Source: Chloroflexota bacterium
GTDB lineage: Bacteria > Chloroflexota > Dehalococcoidia > GIF9 > UBA5629
Length of the DNA: 61,559 nucleotides
NCBI GenBank assembly: GCA_026389695.1
Contig: JAPLHI010000036.1
Coordinates: 1-61,559, forward strand
Direction of reading: 5' to 3'
The translations under genes were made by a program, and so were the position numbers. Below, piece after piece: positions 37,003 to 47,284 of the stretch (positions within the stretch are counted from its first letter, which is position 1; every line of letters starts with the position of its first letter). The notes beneath the pieces are model-generated. The model did no database searches, was not told the DNA's origin, and saw nothing but the letters and a program-made list of their open reading frames with translations.

Positions 37003-37812
37003 GTGTGGATCATGACTGAAAGCTCTGAAGAGTTTAAAACCCTGGATCAACCTGAAATACTGAGCTTCATATTTTATCCGCGCAGGGATGACATCCACGT
37101 CCCCGATGATGAAAGCATGATGAGCTTCGCTTTTCCTGTGGAACCCGGCGTATCCGTATCCTGCATGTTTTACATAGCAAATAAGGAGAATCCCAATGTT
37201 CTTTTCTTTCACGGCAACGGCGAGCTTGCCAGCGAGTATATGGATATCGGAGCTACCTTTAACACGATAGGAATCAACCTGTTTGTGGCCGACTACCGCG
37301 GTTATGGCAGCAGCGGAGGGACGCCTTCGGTGAGCAATATGATTAAAGATGCCCACCCCATATATAAAGGATTCAAGCAAACGCTGGAAGAAAAAGGTTT
37401 TCCAGGAAGCAAATTTATCATGGGGCGCTCGCTTGGCAGCATCTCGGCAATCGAGCTCGCCGGCAGCTATAACAGCGAATATAAAGGTTTGATTATTGAA
37501 AGCGGATTCTGCGATATTACCGACCTTCTATGGCAGGTTGGCATCCCCTTAAATCAACAAGGCCAGAAGAGCAGTGCCAGGTTGTCAAGGGGGTTGGACA
37601 GGGTTAAGCAAATCTCTCTTCCGGCCCTGATTATACACGGAGAAGATGACTCCATCGTACCGCTGGAGGAGGGTGAGAAAATTTACGCTAATATCGGTTC
37701 AAGAGATAAGAAAATGGTTATAATTCCCGGTGCCGATCACAACACAATATTTATGGTAGGGATGGGACGGTACCTGGGCGAGCTGCGGGATTTTATTAAC
37801 AAGTATAAATAG
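37003..37812 (+). CDS. alpha/beta-fold hydrolase (BAAT/dienelactone-hydrolase-like)
   Basis: FFHGNGE, nucleophile elbow GRSLGS, late IHGEDD and DHN. Start is GTG 37003 or ATG 37012. Confidence 0.75.
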   Translation: MWIMTESSEEFKTLDQPEILSFIFYPRRDDIHVPDDESMMSFAFPVEPGVSVSCMFYIANKENPNVLFFHGNGELASEYMDIGATFNTIGINLFVADYRGYGSSGGTPSVSNMIKDAHPIYKGFKQTLEEKGFPGSKFIMGRSLGSISAIELAGSYNSEYKGLIIESGFCDITDLLWQVGIPLNQQGQKSSARLSRGLDRVKQISLPALIIHGEDDSIVPLEEGEKIYANIGSRDKKMVIIPGADHNTIFMVGMGRYLGELRDFINKYK

Positions 37813-37824
37813 CGGGGAAAAAAT

Positions 37825-37852
37825 AAAGCCCCCTCCATCTGGAGGGGGCTTT
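37825..37852. terminator. bidirectional intrinsic terminator between convergent hydrolase and ctc genes
   Basis: AAAGCCCCCTCC-ATCT-GGAGGGGGCTTT: a perfect 12-bp stem flanked by A and T runs. Confidence 0.8.
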
Positions 37853-37863
37853 TAATTAATGGC

Positions 37864-38508
37864 TTATTTCTCTTCCTCTTCCTTCTCTTCCTTCTCTGAC
37901 TCCTCACCACCCTCGGCCGCGGCTTCTGCAGCCTCTTCCTCAGCCGCCTTCACTTCTGCGACTTCTTCAACCTGCTTACGTATGATGGCAACCTTTATCA
38001 CCATTGTATCAGGGTCGCTCAATACCGTAATTTTCTTGCCCACCTTGATATCCTTTACGTGAATGGCCTGATCAGCTTCCGCCAGGCTTGAGATATCAAC
38101 TTCAATATTATGAGGAAGGTCATCGGGCAATGCTTCAATATGGAGAGATGTAAGAGTATGCAAAAGCGACAGGGTCTTGATTATTAGAGCAGGTGCTTCG
38201 CCAATAAAAAGCAGGGGTACCTCGGCCTTAAGCTTCTCAGTCATCCTCACCTGGTAGAAGTCCACGTGGATAGGGTCACCCGTCATCGGATTTCTTTGAA
38301 TTTTTCTGATAAGTACCCTGGTTGGGGTGGCTGAGTCGCCTACCTTCAATGAAATAAGGTCGGTGCCTCCCGCCCTGGCAAGCACATGCTGCAGCTTGCG
38401 GGAATCCACCTGCACAGCGAGCGAGTCTATCCCATGCCCAAATATGTTGGCGGGTATCAGGCCTCCTGTAATAGTTCTTTGTGTAACTTCAAGCTCTAAT
38501 CGCCTCAT
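37864..38508 (-). CDS. rplY: 50S ribosomal protein L25 / general stress protein Ctc form, with acidic C-terminal tail
   Basis: LIPANIFGHG, IHVDFYQV, and a two-domain Ctc architecture; the tail reads AAEEEAAEAAAEGGEESEKEEKEEEEK. Confidence 0.85.
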   Translation of the reverse strand: MRRLELEVTQRTITGGLIPANIFGHGIDSLAVQVDSRKLQHVLARAGGTDLISLKVGDSATPTRVLIRKIQRNPMTGDPIHVDFYQVRMTEKLKAEVPLLFIGEAPALIIKTLSLLHTLTSLHIEALPDDLPHNIEVDISSLAEADQAIHVKDIKVGKKITVLSDPDTMVIKVAIIRKQVEEVAEVKAAEEEAAEAAAEGGEESEKEEKEEEEK

Positions 38509-38543
38509 AGCTATGCTCCATTTATCAGTACAAAGGATAAAGG

Positions 38544-40406
38544 TTACCCTGTTTTAGCCTCAAAGTCAAATTCCCCATCCTTTTTCAGTTCTGCCGCTTT
38601 CAATCTGCAGGCTACGTGTTTTTTTTGAATACCGCAAAGATTGCAGCCTGCAGAGCGGCAATCGGGTGTGAAATCTCCGCTCAGCATTTTGAGATATTCC
38701 GATTTCAGGTAATTAAAACTGACCCCCGTATCTATATGTTGCCAGGGTAACAGGTCGTCAAGCGGACGTTCCCGGTGGGCGTAAAATGAGGGGTCAACTC
38801 CGCATTCAATAAATGCCTCCTGCCACCTGGGAAAGTTGAAAAACTCGCTCCATGTATCGAGCCGGCAGCCTTTCTTCCAGGCCGTGTAAATGACCTGCCC
38901 CAGCCTGCGGTCGCCGCGGCTAAGCGCCGCCTCAAGCAGGCTGATTCTGGGGTCATGCCACGATAGCTGTGCTCCGCTTCGCTTCAGTTCACGCAACAGA
39001 AGGGTTTGTTTTTTGATGAGCTGTTCCTCACGGTCCTGTGCAGCCCACTGGCATGGGGTGTGTGGCTTGGGCACGAATGATGAAATTGAGATCCTGACCC
39101 CTGGTAGCCTCCCGCGGATGCTTTTACCCAGCCGGCAGATTTTTCCCGTCAGGTCAGCGATAGCCTTGACGTCTTCAAAGGTTTCGGTAGGAAGCCCAAC
39201 CATGAAATAGAGTTTAAGATTCATCCAGTTCTTTTCAAAAGCCGCCGCAAAGGTTTCCATCATCGAATTTTCAGGTATCACCTTGTTGATCGCGTTTCTC
39301 AACCTCTCGCTGCCCGCTTCCGGGGCGAAGGTTAAGGTGGTTTTGCGGCCTGAAGGTAGAGACTCGATGAGGTCTATGGATGATTTATCCAGCCTCAGGC
39401 TGGGGAGAGATATTGATACGCCGCTGCCACTGTACCTGTGAGCAAGCGTGTCTACCAGACGATTTATATTGCTGTAATCACCTGTGCTCAAAGAGACCAG
39501 CGAGATCGTATTATATCCGCAATTCTTCAGCAGTTGATCTGCAGCTGTTACTACCGCGGCTTCCGGGAGTTCCCTGACCGGGCGGTAGAGCATACCAGCC
39601 TGGCAAAAACGGCAGCCCCGGCTGCAACCGCGTTGTATCTCCACAGCGCCCCTGTCATGGATCACTTCTATGTAAGGAACCACCGGCCGCGTGGCGGGCA
39701 TCAGTTCACCTGTAATTACCCTTTCTATTTTTTGCGGCGCTGTGCTAAGTACAGGTTCGAAGGATATAAGATTGCCATCTGGACTATATTGCTGAGAATA
39801 AAACCGCGGCACATATACACCGGGCAATTGTGAGAGCCGGCGCAGTAGCTCGTCCCTGTCACCTTTATAGGTCAGGTATGTTTCAGTCATGATCTTCAAG
39901 GAATCTTCAGCTTCACCGATGAAAAAGAGGTCTATAAAATCGGAAAGTGGTTCAGGATTAAGAGCACAGCTTCCCCCTGCAATAATCAGGGGATGGGAAC
40001 TGTCCCTGTCCCGGCTAAAAACAGGGACGCCTGCCAGATCAAGCATATTGAGGACAGTTGTATAGCATAATTCATATCCCAGAGAGAAACCGATAAGATC
40101 GAACTGCCGCAGCGGACGGCGGGACTCCAGACTATACAGCGGTATACTATTCCGGCGCAGCTGCTCCTCCATGTCTGGCCAGGGCGCGTAAACCCGCTCT
40201 GCCTGCACACCGGGAAGATCATTGAGCAGATTATAGAGTATGGGGATAGCAAGGTTGGACATCCCCACTTCATAAATATCAGGAAAAGCCAGCGCCACCC
40301 GTACCGCAGCCGCATCCCAGTTTTTTTCCACGGCGTTCCATTCCTGGCCTGTGTATCTGGCGGGCTTGCCTATTTTTTGCAGTACGGTGTCGTTGATGTG
40401 AAGCAT
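38544..40406 (-). CDS. B12-binding-domain radical SAM protein (TIGR03960-like uncharacterised family)
   Basis: CSRGCRFCQAG (C-x3-C-x2-C) about 270 aa into a 620-aa protein, with an N-terminal Rossmann-like B12-binding-type domain. Confidence 0.75.
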   Translation of the reverse strand: MLHINDTVLQKIGKPARYTGQEWNAVEKNWDAAAVRVALAFPDIYEVGMSNLAIPILYNLLNDLPGVQAERVYAPWPDMEEQLRRNSIPLYSLESRRPLRQFDLIGFSLGYELCYTTVLNMLDLAGVPVFSRDRDSSHPLIIAGGSCALNPEPLSDFIDLFFIGEAEDSLKIMTETYLTYKGDRDELLRRLSQLPGVYVPRFYSQQYSPDGNLISFEPVLSTAPQKIERVITGELMPATRPVVPYIEVIHDRGAVEIQRGCSRGCRFCQAGMLYRPVRELPEAAVVTAADQLLKNCGYNTISLVSLSTGDYSNINRLVDTLAHRYSGSGVSISLPSLRLDKSSIDLIESLPSGRKTTLTFAPEAGSERLRNAINKVIPENSMMETFAAAFEKNWMNLKLYFMVGLPTETFEDVKAIADLTGKICRLGKSIRGRLPGVRISISSFVPKPHTPCQWAAQDREEQLIKKQTLLLRELKRSGAQLSWHDPRISLLEAALSRGDRRLGQVIYTAWKKGCRLDTWSEFFNFPRWQEAFIECGVDPSFYAHRERPLDDLLPWQHIDTGVSFNYLKSEYLKMLSGDFTPDCRSAGCNLCGIQKKHVACRLKAAELKKDGEFDFEAKTG

Positions 40407-40485
40407 TTTGTTTTACGCAACAAGTATAACCTACGGCTTCTTCCGCCTCCAGTCCGGCCACGCGGTATGAGTAAACTATTAGGGT

Positions 40486-40515
40486 TTGACACAACTTAAA
40501 ATCCTGTGTTATTAT
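40486..40515 (+). promoter_or_regulatory. candidate promoter P1 upstream of rpsL
   Basis: TTGACA (40486-40491), then TATTAT with an 18-nt spacer (or TTATTA at 17 nt). Confidence 0.4.
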
Positions 40516-40524
40516 TTCCATTTG

Positions 40525-40554
40525 TTGCAAACTTGCGCTATCATATGATAGTAT
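40525..40554 (+). promoter_or_regulatory. candidate promoter P2 upstream of rpsL (extended -10)
   Basis: TTGCAA (40525-40530) and TGaTAGTAT (40546-40554). Confidence 0.4.
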
Positions 40555-40590
40555 TTAGCGCGCGTTGGAGTCCGACCTGGATACAATATA

Positions 40591-40658
40591 AGCCGGCTGG
40601 TTGACCCGGGGTGTGGGCCAGATCGGGAAGAAGTCCGGGAGCAACTGGGTGGCTTTTT
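40591..40658 (+). terminator. long imperfect hairpin plus U-run in the rpsL leader (attenuator or end of a ~100-nt RNA)
   Basis: 40591-40610 pairs with 40634-40654: about 18 bp including G-U pairs, one mismatch and one small internal loop. Followed by TTTTT, 45 nt before the rpsL ATG. Confidence 0.4.
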
Positions 40659-40702
40659 AATTTGCCGAAAATTAGATAAGAAGGATAGGTATAAAAGACA
40701 GT

Positions 40703-41134
40703 ATGCCGACAGCTAATCAACTGGTCCGTAAGGGTCGCCGCAGGGTTACCAAAAAGACCAAGTCACCCGCTTTGCAGGTGATATATAACACCTTGAAAAA
40801 TAAATCAAGAAAAGGTGTATGCTCACCTCAGAAGCGCGGTGTGTGTGTGCAGGTCAAAACTATGACGCCCAAGAAGCCGAACTCGGCTCTGCGTAAAATT
40901 GCCCGCGTCAGATTGACCAACCACATAGAAGTAACGGCATATATTCCGGGTGAAGGCCACAATCTTCAGGAGCACTCCGTTGTTCTCATTCGTGGTGGCA
41001 GGGTCAAGGATTTGCCCGGCGTCCGCTATCATATTATCCGCGGGACACTGGATGCTGCGGGAGTTGAAAAGCGCAGACAGGGACGCAGTAAATACGGTGC
41101 CAAACGCGCTAAAGCGCCTGCAACCGCAAGCTAA
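40703..41134 (+). CDS. rpsL: 30S ribosomal protein S12
   Basis: [35 protein letters not shown]. Confidence 0.97.
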   Translation: MPTANQLVRKGRRRVTKKTKSPALQVIYNTLKNKSRKGVCSPQKRGVCVQVKTMTPKKPNSALRKIARVRLTNHIEVTAYIPGEGHNLQEHSVVLIRGGRVKDLPGVRYHIIRGTLDAAGVEKRRQGRSKYGAKRAKAPATAS

Positions 41135-41152
41135 ATTTAATCAGGAGAAATT

Positions 41153-41623
41153 ATGCCAAGGCGAGCCAAATTTGTTAATAGAGTAGTAAGCCCTGACCCT
41201 AAATTCGGGAGTCCGGTGGTTGCCCGTCTTATAAATAAAATTATGATACAGGGTAAGAAATCCACCGCCCAGGGTATTGTGTACGGCGCGTTGGAGCGCA
41301 TAAATAAACAGATGAAAACAGAGCCTTTGCCCGTTTTTGAACAGGCATTGAAAAATGCCACACCGATGCTCCAGGTTAAGTCCCGGCGAGTCGGTGGCGC
41401 CACATACCAGGTACCTATTGAAGTCAGCCCTGAGCGTGGAGAATTCCTGGCTATGCGTTGGATTATATCGTATGCCAGGGACCGCAGTGGAAGGTCGATG
41501 TCAGAGAAATTGGCTGCGGAATTGATGGATGCTGCTCAGGGGCAGGGGAACACCGTCAAAAAGAGACAAGATACTCATAAGATGGCCGAAGCCAATAAGG
41601 CATTTGCACACTACAAATGGTAA
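41153..41623 (+). CDS. rpsG: 30S ribosomal protein S7
   Basis: [20 protein letters not shown]...; 156 aa, follows rpsL. Confidence 0.97.
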   Translation: MPRRAKFVNRVVSPDPKFGSPVVARLINKIMIQGKKSTAQGIVYGALERINKQMKTEPLPVFEQALKNATPMLQVKSRRVGGATYQVPIEVSPERGEFLAMRWIISYARDRSGRSMSEKLAAELMDAAQGQGNTVKKRQDTHKMAEANKAFAHYKW

Positions 41624-43758
41624 CAACAGGAATCAAAGAATCCCGGCCGAAGAACTTGGCTGGCCAGGGGAACAAAGCAGTGACCAGGTCTTTTCCACTG
41701 GATAAAGTTCGTAATATAGGCATCATAGCGCACATTGATGCCGGGAAAACCACAACTACTGAGCGCATACTATTTTATACCGGGCGAACCTATAAAATCG
41801 GAGAGGTTCATGACGGCACAGCCGTCATGGATTGGATGGTTCAAGAGAGGGAGCGCGGTATCACGATTACATCTGCCGCTACCACATGTCACTGGAATGA
41901 ACACCGTATTAATATAATCGATACTCCGGGACACGTGGATTTCACTGCTGAAGTTGAGCGAAGTTTACGTGTACTTGATGGCGGAGTAGTTGTTCTGGAT
42001 GCGGTAGCAGGGGTTGAGGCCCAATCGGAGACTGTCTGGAGACAGGCGGACAGATATGGTGTGCCGAGGATATGCTTCATTAACAAGATGGACAGGATAG
42101 GTGCGGATTTGCAACGCACTATCGAGATGATTGAGGATAGGCTTAAGGCCAAGACCGTAGCCATTCAGATACCGATTGGAAAGGAAAGCCTTTTTAATGG
42201 TGTGGTTGATCTGGTTGAAAAGAAAGCGTGGATCTTTCCTGACGAAGCTACGGAAAAACCTGAGGAAGTTGAGATACCTGCTGAGTTGAAGGACGAGGTA
42301 TTTAAAAGCAGGCAAAGGATGATAGAGAAGCTGGCAGAGAACGATGACCAGCTAATGTTAAGATACGTTGATAATCAGGATATAAGTGAAGCAGATATTA
42401 AGGCAACTATCAGGCGCCTGACAGTTGCCAACCGGATAGTTCCGGTAGTGTGCGGCACGGCACTACGTAATAAAGGTATACAGCTGGTTCTTGATGCGGT
42501 TGTAGACTATTTACCTTCACCGTTGGATAAACCAGCCCTGCGTGTCATTGAAACAGCAACTGGTGAAGAAATCACACGGCCTGCCAGCGACGAAGCGCCT
42601 TTTTCCGCTCTTGCCTTTAAGGTGGTTTCAGACCCATTTGTAGGACGATTGGTATACTTCCGTGTTTATTCCGGAAAGGTTAAAGTAGGCGCTCAGATTT
42701 ACAATTCGAGTAGGGGTACGAAGGAGCGGCTGGGAAGATTATTGTTGATGCATGCCAACAGGCGGGAGGAATTGGAGGAAGTCGATACCGGCTGCATAGC
42801 AGCTACCCTGGGACTGAAAAATACCTTTACCGGCGATACTCTATGTGATGGCTCTCAGCAGGTCCTGCTGGAGACTATAAAATTCCCGGAGCCGGTTATC
42901 TCTATGGCGATTGAGCCAAAAAGTAAGGCTGATCAGGATAAATTGGGCGATGCCTTATCCAAGCTTATGGAGGAAGACCCGACTTTCAGGCTCCGCAGTA
43001 ACGAGGAGACGGGACAAACTCTGATATCAGGGATGGGGGAATTGCACCTTGAAGTTCTCATCGACCGAATGCTCAGGGAATTTGGCGTGCAGGTCAGGGT
43101 CGGCAATCCGCAGGTAGCCTATAAAGAAACAATTACTGTTTCCGTAGAAGCGGAAGGCAAGTTCATACGCCAGACCGGTGGCCGGGGTCAATACGGTCAT
43201 TGCTGGCTGCGTATTGAACCGGGCGAGCGCAACAGTGGATTTAAATTTGTTAATGAAGTACGCGGAGGCGCTATATCAAGAGAATATATATCTCCCATTG
43301 AGGCCGGTGTCCGCGAAGCTCTGGATACCGGAGGAGTAAGCGGCTATCCGCTGGTGGATATTAAAGTTTCAGTTTTTGATGGTAGCGAACACGAAGTTGA
43401 TTCCTCGGAGATGGCATTCAAAATGGCGGGCTCGATGGCGCTCAAGCAAGGCGTCGAGAAAGCCAAGCCAGTTATACTGGAGCCGATTATGAGGCTTGAG
43501 TCGGTTACTCCGGCGTCATTTATGGGTGAGGTCATTGGTGATTTGAATGCAAGGCGAGGTCACATTGACGGCATTGAAACTCACGGAGAAACGTGTGTAA
43601 TTCATTCGTTTGTTCCGCTGGCGGAATCATTCGGGTACGCCACAGCATCGCGATCACTCACTCAGGGAAGGGCCACATATTCAATGGAATTCCATCAGTA
43701 CCGGGAGGTTCCTAATAATATTATGGAGCAAATGCTGGCCAGGACAAAAGGGAAATAG
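41617..43758 (+). CDS. fusA: elongation factor G
   Basis: [27 protein letters not shown] and NKMD, domains II-V. The real start is probably GTG 41680, about 10 codons before the G1 motif region. Confidence 0.95.
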   Translation: MVTTGIKESRPKNLAGQGNKAVTRSFPLDKVRNIGIIAHIDAGKTTTTERILFYTGRTYKIGEVHDGTAVMDWMVQERERGITITSAATTCHWNEHRINIIDTPGHVDFTAEVERSLRVLDGGVVVLDAVAGVEAQSETVWRQADRYGVPRICFINKMDRIGADLQRTIEMIEDRLKAKTVAIQIPIGKESLFNGVVDLVEKKAWIFPDEATEKPEEVEIPAELKDEVFKSRQRMIEKLAENDDQLMLRYVDNQDISEADIKATIRRLTVANRIVPVVCGTALRNKGIQLVLDAVVDYLPSPLDKPALRVIETATGEEITRPASDEAPFSALAFKVVSDPFVGRLVYFRVYSGKVKVGAQIYNSSRGTKERLGRLLLMHANRREELEEVDTGCIAATLGLKNTFTGDTLCDGSQQVLLETIKFPEPVISMAIEPKSKADQDKLGDALSKLMEEDPTFRLRSNEETGQTLISGMGELHLEVLIDRMLREFGVQVRVGNPQVAYKETITVSVEAEGKFIRQTGGRGQYGHCWLRIEPGERNSGFKFVNEVRGGAISREYISPIEAGVREALDTGGVSGYPLVDIKVSVFDGSEHEVDSSEMAFKMAGSMALKQGVEKAKPVILEPIMRLESVTPASFMGEVIGDLNARRGHIDGIETHGETCVIHSFVPLAESFGYATASRSLTQGRATYSMEFHQYREVPNNIMEQMLARTKGK

Positions 43759-44067
43759 ATGACTAAGCAGAAGATTAGAATTAAATTAAGGGGATATGAT
43801 CACAGGCTGGTAGATCAATCAGCCGGTCAAATTGTTGAGACGGCGATAAAATCAGGCGCCGAAGTCATCGGGCCCGTGCCGTTGCCAACCAAGATCGAAA
43901 AATTCTGCGTTATACGCAGTCCATTTATTGATAAGGACTCGCGTGAACAGTTTGAAATCCGGACACATAAAAGGCTTATAGACATCGTAGGACCAACGAC
44001 CAAGACAATAGACGCTTTAACGCAGCTTCAACTGCCGTCCGGCGTTGAAATAGATATCAGATTATAG
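43759..44067 (+). CDS. rpsJ: 30S ribosomal protein S10
   Basis: [17 protein letters not shown]; 102 aa. The ATG abuts the fusA stop. Confidence 0.97.
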   Translation: MTKQKIRIKLRGYDHRLVDQSAGQIVETAIKSGAEVIGPVPLPTKIEKFCVIRSPFIDKDSREQFEIRTHKRLIDIVGPTTKTIDALTQLQLPSGVEIDIRL

Positions 44068-44076
44068 GAAAAATAA

Positions 44077-44685
44077 ATGGCGGGCATACTTGGTAAAAAA
44101 ATTGGGATGACCCAGATTTACAGGGAAAATCGCGAAATAGCCGTGACTGCTGTGGAAGCCGGACCCTGTTGTGTAATACAGGTAAAAACAGCTGACAAAG
44201 ATAATTACAATGCTGTTCAGCTTGGCTTTGGTGAATCAAAGCGTCTTAATAAACCGGAGAAGGGCCATCTTAAGGACAACGGCCAGTATAGATACCTGCG
44301 CGAATTGAAGATAGACGATATCAAAGAATTCCAGGTCGGTCAAAAAATAGATGTGGGCATGTTTAAAGCCGGCGATATTGTAAATATAGAGGGAATTTCA
44401 AAGGGCAAAGGATTCGCAGGCGGAGTTAAGAGGTACCATTTCCGGGGAGGGCCAAAAACTCACGGTCAATCGGACAGGCACCGCGCACCGGGATCTATAG
44501 GTTCAACTACCACTCCCGGCCGTGTGTTCAAGGGACTTCGCATGGCAGGACATCTTGGCGCCAGGAAAGTCACGGCTCGCAACCTGGAGATAGTAGATGT
44601 TGACCCGGCAAAACATTTGCTACTTCTCAAGGGAGCTGTCCCGGGAGCCCGGGGTGGGCTACTGATAATCGAAAAAGCTGCATAA
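44077..44685 (+). CDS. rplC: 50S ribosomal protein L3
   Basis: GILGKKIGMTQIY...GKGFAGGVKR. Confidence 0.97.
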   Translation: MAGILGKKIGMTQIYRENREIAVTAVEAGPCCVIQVKTADKDNYNAVQLGFGESKRLNKPEKGHLKDNGQYRYLRELKIDDIKEFQVGQKIDVGMFKAGDIVNIEGISKGKGFAGGVKRYHFRGGPKTHGQSDRHRAPGSIGSTTTPGRVFKGLRMAGHLGARKVTARNLEIVDVDPAKHLLLLKGAVPGARGGLLIIEKAA

Positions 44686-44702
44686 AAGGAACGTAAATAG
44701 AC

Positions 44703-45353
44703 GTGGAGTTAGAAGTATATAATTTAAAAGGTGAAAAGGCTGGCATAGTTCAGGTAAGCGATTATATTTTCGCTGCACCGGTTAACGAGACGGTAGTTCA
44801 CCAGGCGCTTGTCAGGCAACTCGCTAACAAGCGTCAGGGCACTGCTGATACTCAAACCAGATCTGATGTAAAGAGAAGTACACGTAAACTGTATGCGCAG
44901 AAACATACAGGCAGATCCAGGCGTGGAAGCGCCACATCTCCTTTGTTGAAAGGCGGCTCTGTGGTCTTCGGTCCTCATCCACGCGACTATCGCCAGGCAA
45001 TGCCCAAAAAAATGTGCAGGCTGGCGCTCCGGAGCGTGCTTTCTGGGAAGGTGAAGGATGGTGAGCTGAAGATTGTGGAAAAGTTACAACTGGCTGAGCC
45101 TAAAACCAGGTTGTTGGACGAGATGCTTGGCATATTAGGAGTGGACAGCACTGCGATTATTGGAGTTGCCCTGAGCAACGATTATTTAACGTTGGCAGCG
45201 TCTAATATACCCGGGATAAAGACGACCATGGTTTCCATGCTTAATGTTGCTGACTTACTTGCATATAAGATGCTGGTACTTGATGTTGATGCTGTGAAGA
45301 AGATAGAGGAGATCTGGGAAAAGAAAGAAACCGGGAAAGTTAAGGCAAATTAA
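44703..45353 (+). CDS. rplD: 50S ribosomal protein L4
   Basis: GTG start, QALVRQLANKRQGTADTQTRS, position in the S10 operon. Confidence 0.95.
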   Translation: MELEVYNLKGEKAGIVQVSDYIFAAPVNETVVHQALVRQLANKRQGTADTQTRSDVKRSTRKLYAQKHTGRSRRGSATSPLLKGGSVVFGPHPRDYRQAMPKKMCRLALRSVLSGKVKDGELKIVEKLQLAEPKTRLLDEMLGILGVDSTAIIGVALSNDYLTLAASNIPGIKTTMVSMLNVADLLAYKMLVLDVDAVKKIEEIWEKKETGKVKAN

Positions 45354-45381
45354 AGCTATTTATTAAGGAATAGTAGTTAAT

Positions 45382-45666
45382 ATGAATGTTTATGAGGTAC
45401 TGCGCAGGCCACTGGTAACTGAAAAGGTCAGCCGCCTTGCGGAACAAAACAAATACGCCTTTGAAGTTTATAAGAAGGCCTCGAAAGAGCAGATAAAGCA
45501 GGCTGTCGAGAAGGCATTTAAAGTCGGTGTAATCGGAGTGAATATTATCAATGTCCCCGGTGAGACCAGGAGGATGGGAAAGCGGGAAGTGACCAGGGCA
45601 TCGTGGAAGAAGGCAGTAGTGACACTCAAAGAAGGCGATAAAATACAGTTCTTTGAGGGAGTCTGA
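45382..45666 (+). CDS. rplW: 50S ribosomal protein L23
   Basis: VLRRPLVTEKVSRL...; 94 aa. Confidence 0.96.
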   Translation: MNVYEVLRRPLVTEKVSRLAEQNKYAFEVYKKASKEQIKQAVEKAFKVGVIGVNIINVPGETRRMGKREVTRASWKKAVVTLKEGDKIQFFEGV

Positions 45667-45683
45667 GATAACAGGAGTATAAA

Positions 45684-45779
45684 TTGGGTTCTGTTATAAA
45701 GAAACGTAAAAAGAAGATGGCGAAACATAAACATCGGAAGCTTTTAAAAAAGAACCGATGGCAAAGACGTCATCCTTAA
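45684..45779 (+). CDS. bS22-like small basic ribosomal protein (31 codons, TTG start; absent from the ORF track)
   Basis: Translation (M)[30 protein letters not shown] is close to mycobacterial bS22 ([21 protein letters not shown]...) as I recall it. AGGAG lies 6 nt upstream of the TTG. Confidence 0.75.
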   Translation: [31 protein letters not shown]

Positions 45780-45799
45780 TTAGGTAGGAGTTGTAAGAT

Positions 45800-46630
45800 T
45801 TGGCTTTAAAGACATATCGTCCTACATCACCTGGGATCCGGGGGATGGTGAGGCTCACTTTTGATGAGATTACCAAGACGCAGCCGGAAAAATCCCTGTT
45901 ATTGCCGTTAAAAAGGAAGGCGGGCAGAAATAGCAGGGGTGTGATCACTACGCGTCACAGGGGTGGTGGCGCTAAACGCATGCTGCGCATGATAGATTTT
46001 AAAAGGGATAAACTTGGCGTACCGGGTAAAATAGCTGCCATTGAATATGATCCCGGGCGTTCGGCAAGGATAGCCCTGATTTACTATGCTGATGGCGAAA
46101 AACGCTATATGCTGGCGCCTCTGGGATTAGGTGTTGGTGATGGCATACAGGCCGGTTCAGGCTCGGAAATTAAACCCGGCAATAATCTGCCGCTCGGAGA
46201 GATTCCGGCTGGCACTCTGGTACACAATCTTGAATTCGAACCAAACAAAGGCGGGCAAATAGTACGGAGTGCCGGGACTGCCGCTCAACTGCTTAGCAGA
46301 GAAGATAAATATTCGCTGGTGCGCTTGCCGTCAGGCGAGGTGCGCCGCTTCCTTAACGATTGCAGGGCAACTATTGGGCAGGTAGGTAATCTGGATCACC
46401 AGAATGTGAAATTAGGTAAGGCAGGTCGTACCCGCTGGCTGGGCAGGCGTCCCAAGGTCAGAGGTTCTGCCATGACTCCGCGAGACCATCCCCACGGTGG
46501 CGGTGAAGGCAGAGCACCACGCGGTATGGCCCCGAAGACCCCCTGGGGTAAGCCGGCGCTCGGCCACAGGACTCGTGTTGGCAAACCCTCGGACAGATTA
46601 ATCGTAAGGCGCCGTTTTGCGGAGAAATAA
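45800..46630 (+). CDS. rplB: 50S ribosomal protein L2
   Basis: TTG start with AGGAG upstream; [13 protein letters not shown] and [15 protein letters not shown]. Confidence 0.97.
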   Translation: MALKTYRPTSPGIRGMVRLTFDEITKTQPEKSLLLPLKRKAGRNSRGVITTRHRGGGAKRMLRMIDFKRDKLGVPGKIAAIEYDPGRSARIALIYYADGEKRYMLAPLGLGVGDGIQAGSGSEIKPGNNLPLGEIPAGTLVHNLEFEPNKGGQIVRSAGTAAQLLSREDKYSLVRLPSGEVRRFLNDCRATIGQVGNLDHQNVKLGKAGRTRWLGRRPKVRGSAMTPRDHPHGGGEGRAPRGMAPKTPWGKPALGHRTRVGKPSDRLIVRRRFAEK

Positions 46631-46645
46631 AGAGGTAAGGTAAAT

Positions 46646-46942
46646 ATGTCACGTTCAGCGAAAAAGGGCCCGTACTGTCATCCCAAGCTGCTGAAAAAAA
46701 TAGATGCGCTTAATAAAAAAGGCGAAAAACAGGTTATTAAGACCTGGGCACGTTCGTCAACGATTATGCCAGAAATGATCGGGCATACAATTGGCGTTCA
46801 TGATGGCAGAAGGCATGTGCCAATATTCATAACGGAGAACATGGTCGGCCATAAACTTGGTGAATTTGCCATCACCAGGACTTTCCGCGGTCACGTTACC
46901 AAAGCTGCGGTGACTCCGACCAAAAAGAAACAAGTAGGTTAA
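46646..46942 (+). CDS. rpsS: 30S ribosomal protein S19
   Basis: [39 protein letters not shown]. Confidence 0.97.
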   Translation: MSRSAKKGPYCHPKLLKKIDALNKKGEKQVIKTWARSSTIMPEMIGHTIGVHDGRRHVPIFITENMVGHKLGEFAITRTFRGHVTKAAVTPTKKKQVG

Positions 46943-46945
46943 GCT

Positions 46946-47284
46946 ATGAAAGTCGGATCAGTTGCTAAAGATATAGGAATTCCGCCTCGCAAGGTAAAGC
47001 TCGTGGTTGATATGGTGCGAGGTATGAAAGTTGAAAATGCCTTGAATATTTTAAAATTTACGCCCACGCCAGCGGCGAAAGCTGTGGCCAAAGCGATTAA
47101 ATCTGCGTCGTCGAATGCGGAAAACAATTATCATATGGATCCGGCTGAATTAAAAGTAGTCCATATAACAGCCGATGAGGGACGCACGCTAAAAAGATAT
47201 AGACCTCAAGCGCGGGGACGCTTCAGCCCGATATTAAAACGTTCAACGCACATTAAGGTTTTCGTTTCCGAGGAGGAAAAATAA
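46946..47284 (+). CDS. rplV: 50S ribosomal protein L22
   Basis: PPRKVKLVVDMVRGMKVENALNILKF; 112 aa. Confidence 0.96.
   Translation: MKVGSVAKDIGIPPRKVKLVVDMVRGMKVENALNILKFTPTPAAKAVAKAIKSASSNAENNYHMDPAELKVVHITADEGRTLKRYRPQARGRFSPILKRSTHIKVFVSEEEK

Noticed and set aside
38400-38508. The L25/Ctc N-terminus (MRRLELEVTQRTITGGLIPANIFG) seems about 9 residues shorter than the usual R...G-K-x-x-R-x-L-R-x-x-G-x-(I/V)-P segment, so it could be another small deletion.
   Set aside because: It is in frame, the region is variable among Ctc proteins, and I cannot verify the alignment without tools.
40612-40648. Partial resemblance of CCAGATCGGGAAGAAGTCCGGGAGCAAC to the SRP (4.5S) RNA domain IV motif GGUCCGGAAGGAAGCAGC.
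   Set aside because: The tetraloop-closing stem and the symmetric AGCA/GGA loop cannot be formed in register, and the invariant AGCAGC is absent. The similarity looks like chance.
40775-40825. Extra ~14 residues in S12 ([15 protein letters not shown]) relative to E. coli.
   Set aside because: A comparable insertion exists in many Gram-positive-type S12 proteins such as Bacillus, so it is a lineage feature rather than an anomaly.
43740-43775. No tuf (EF-Tu) between fusA and rpsJ; the fusA stop abuts the rpsJ ATG. I asked whether this was another deletion.
   Set aside because: The junction is clean (TAG followed immediately by ATG) and both flanking genes are full length. Several lineages, including Dehalococcoides as far as I recall, keep tuf at a separate locus, so this is ordinary synteny variation.
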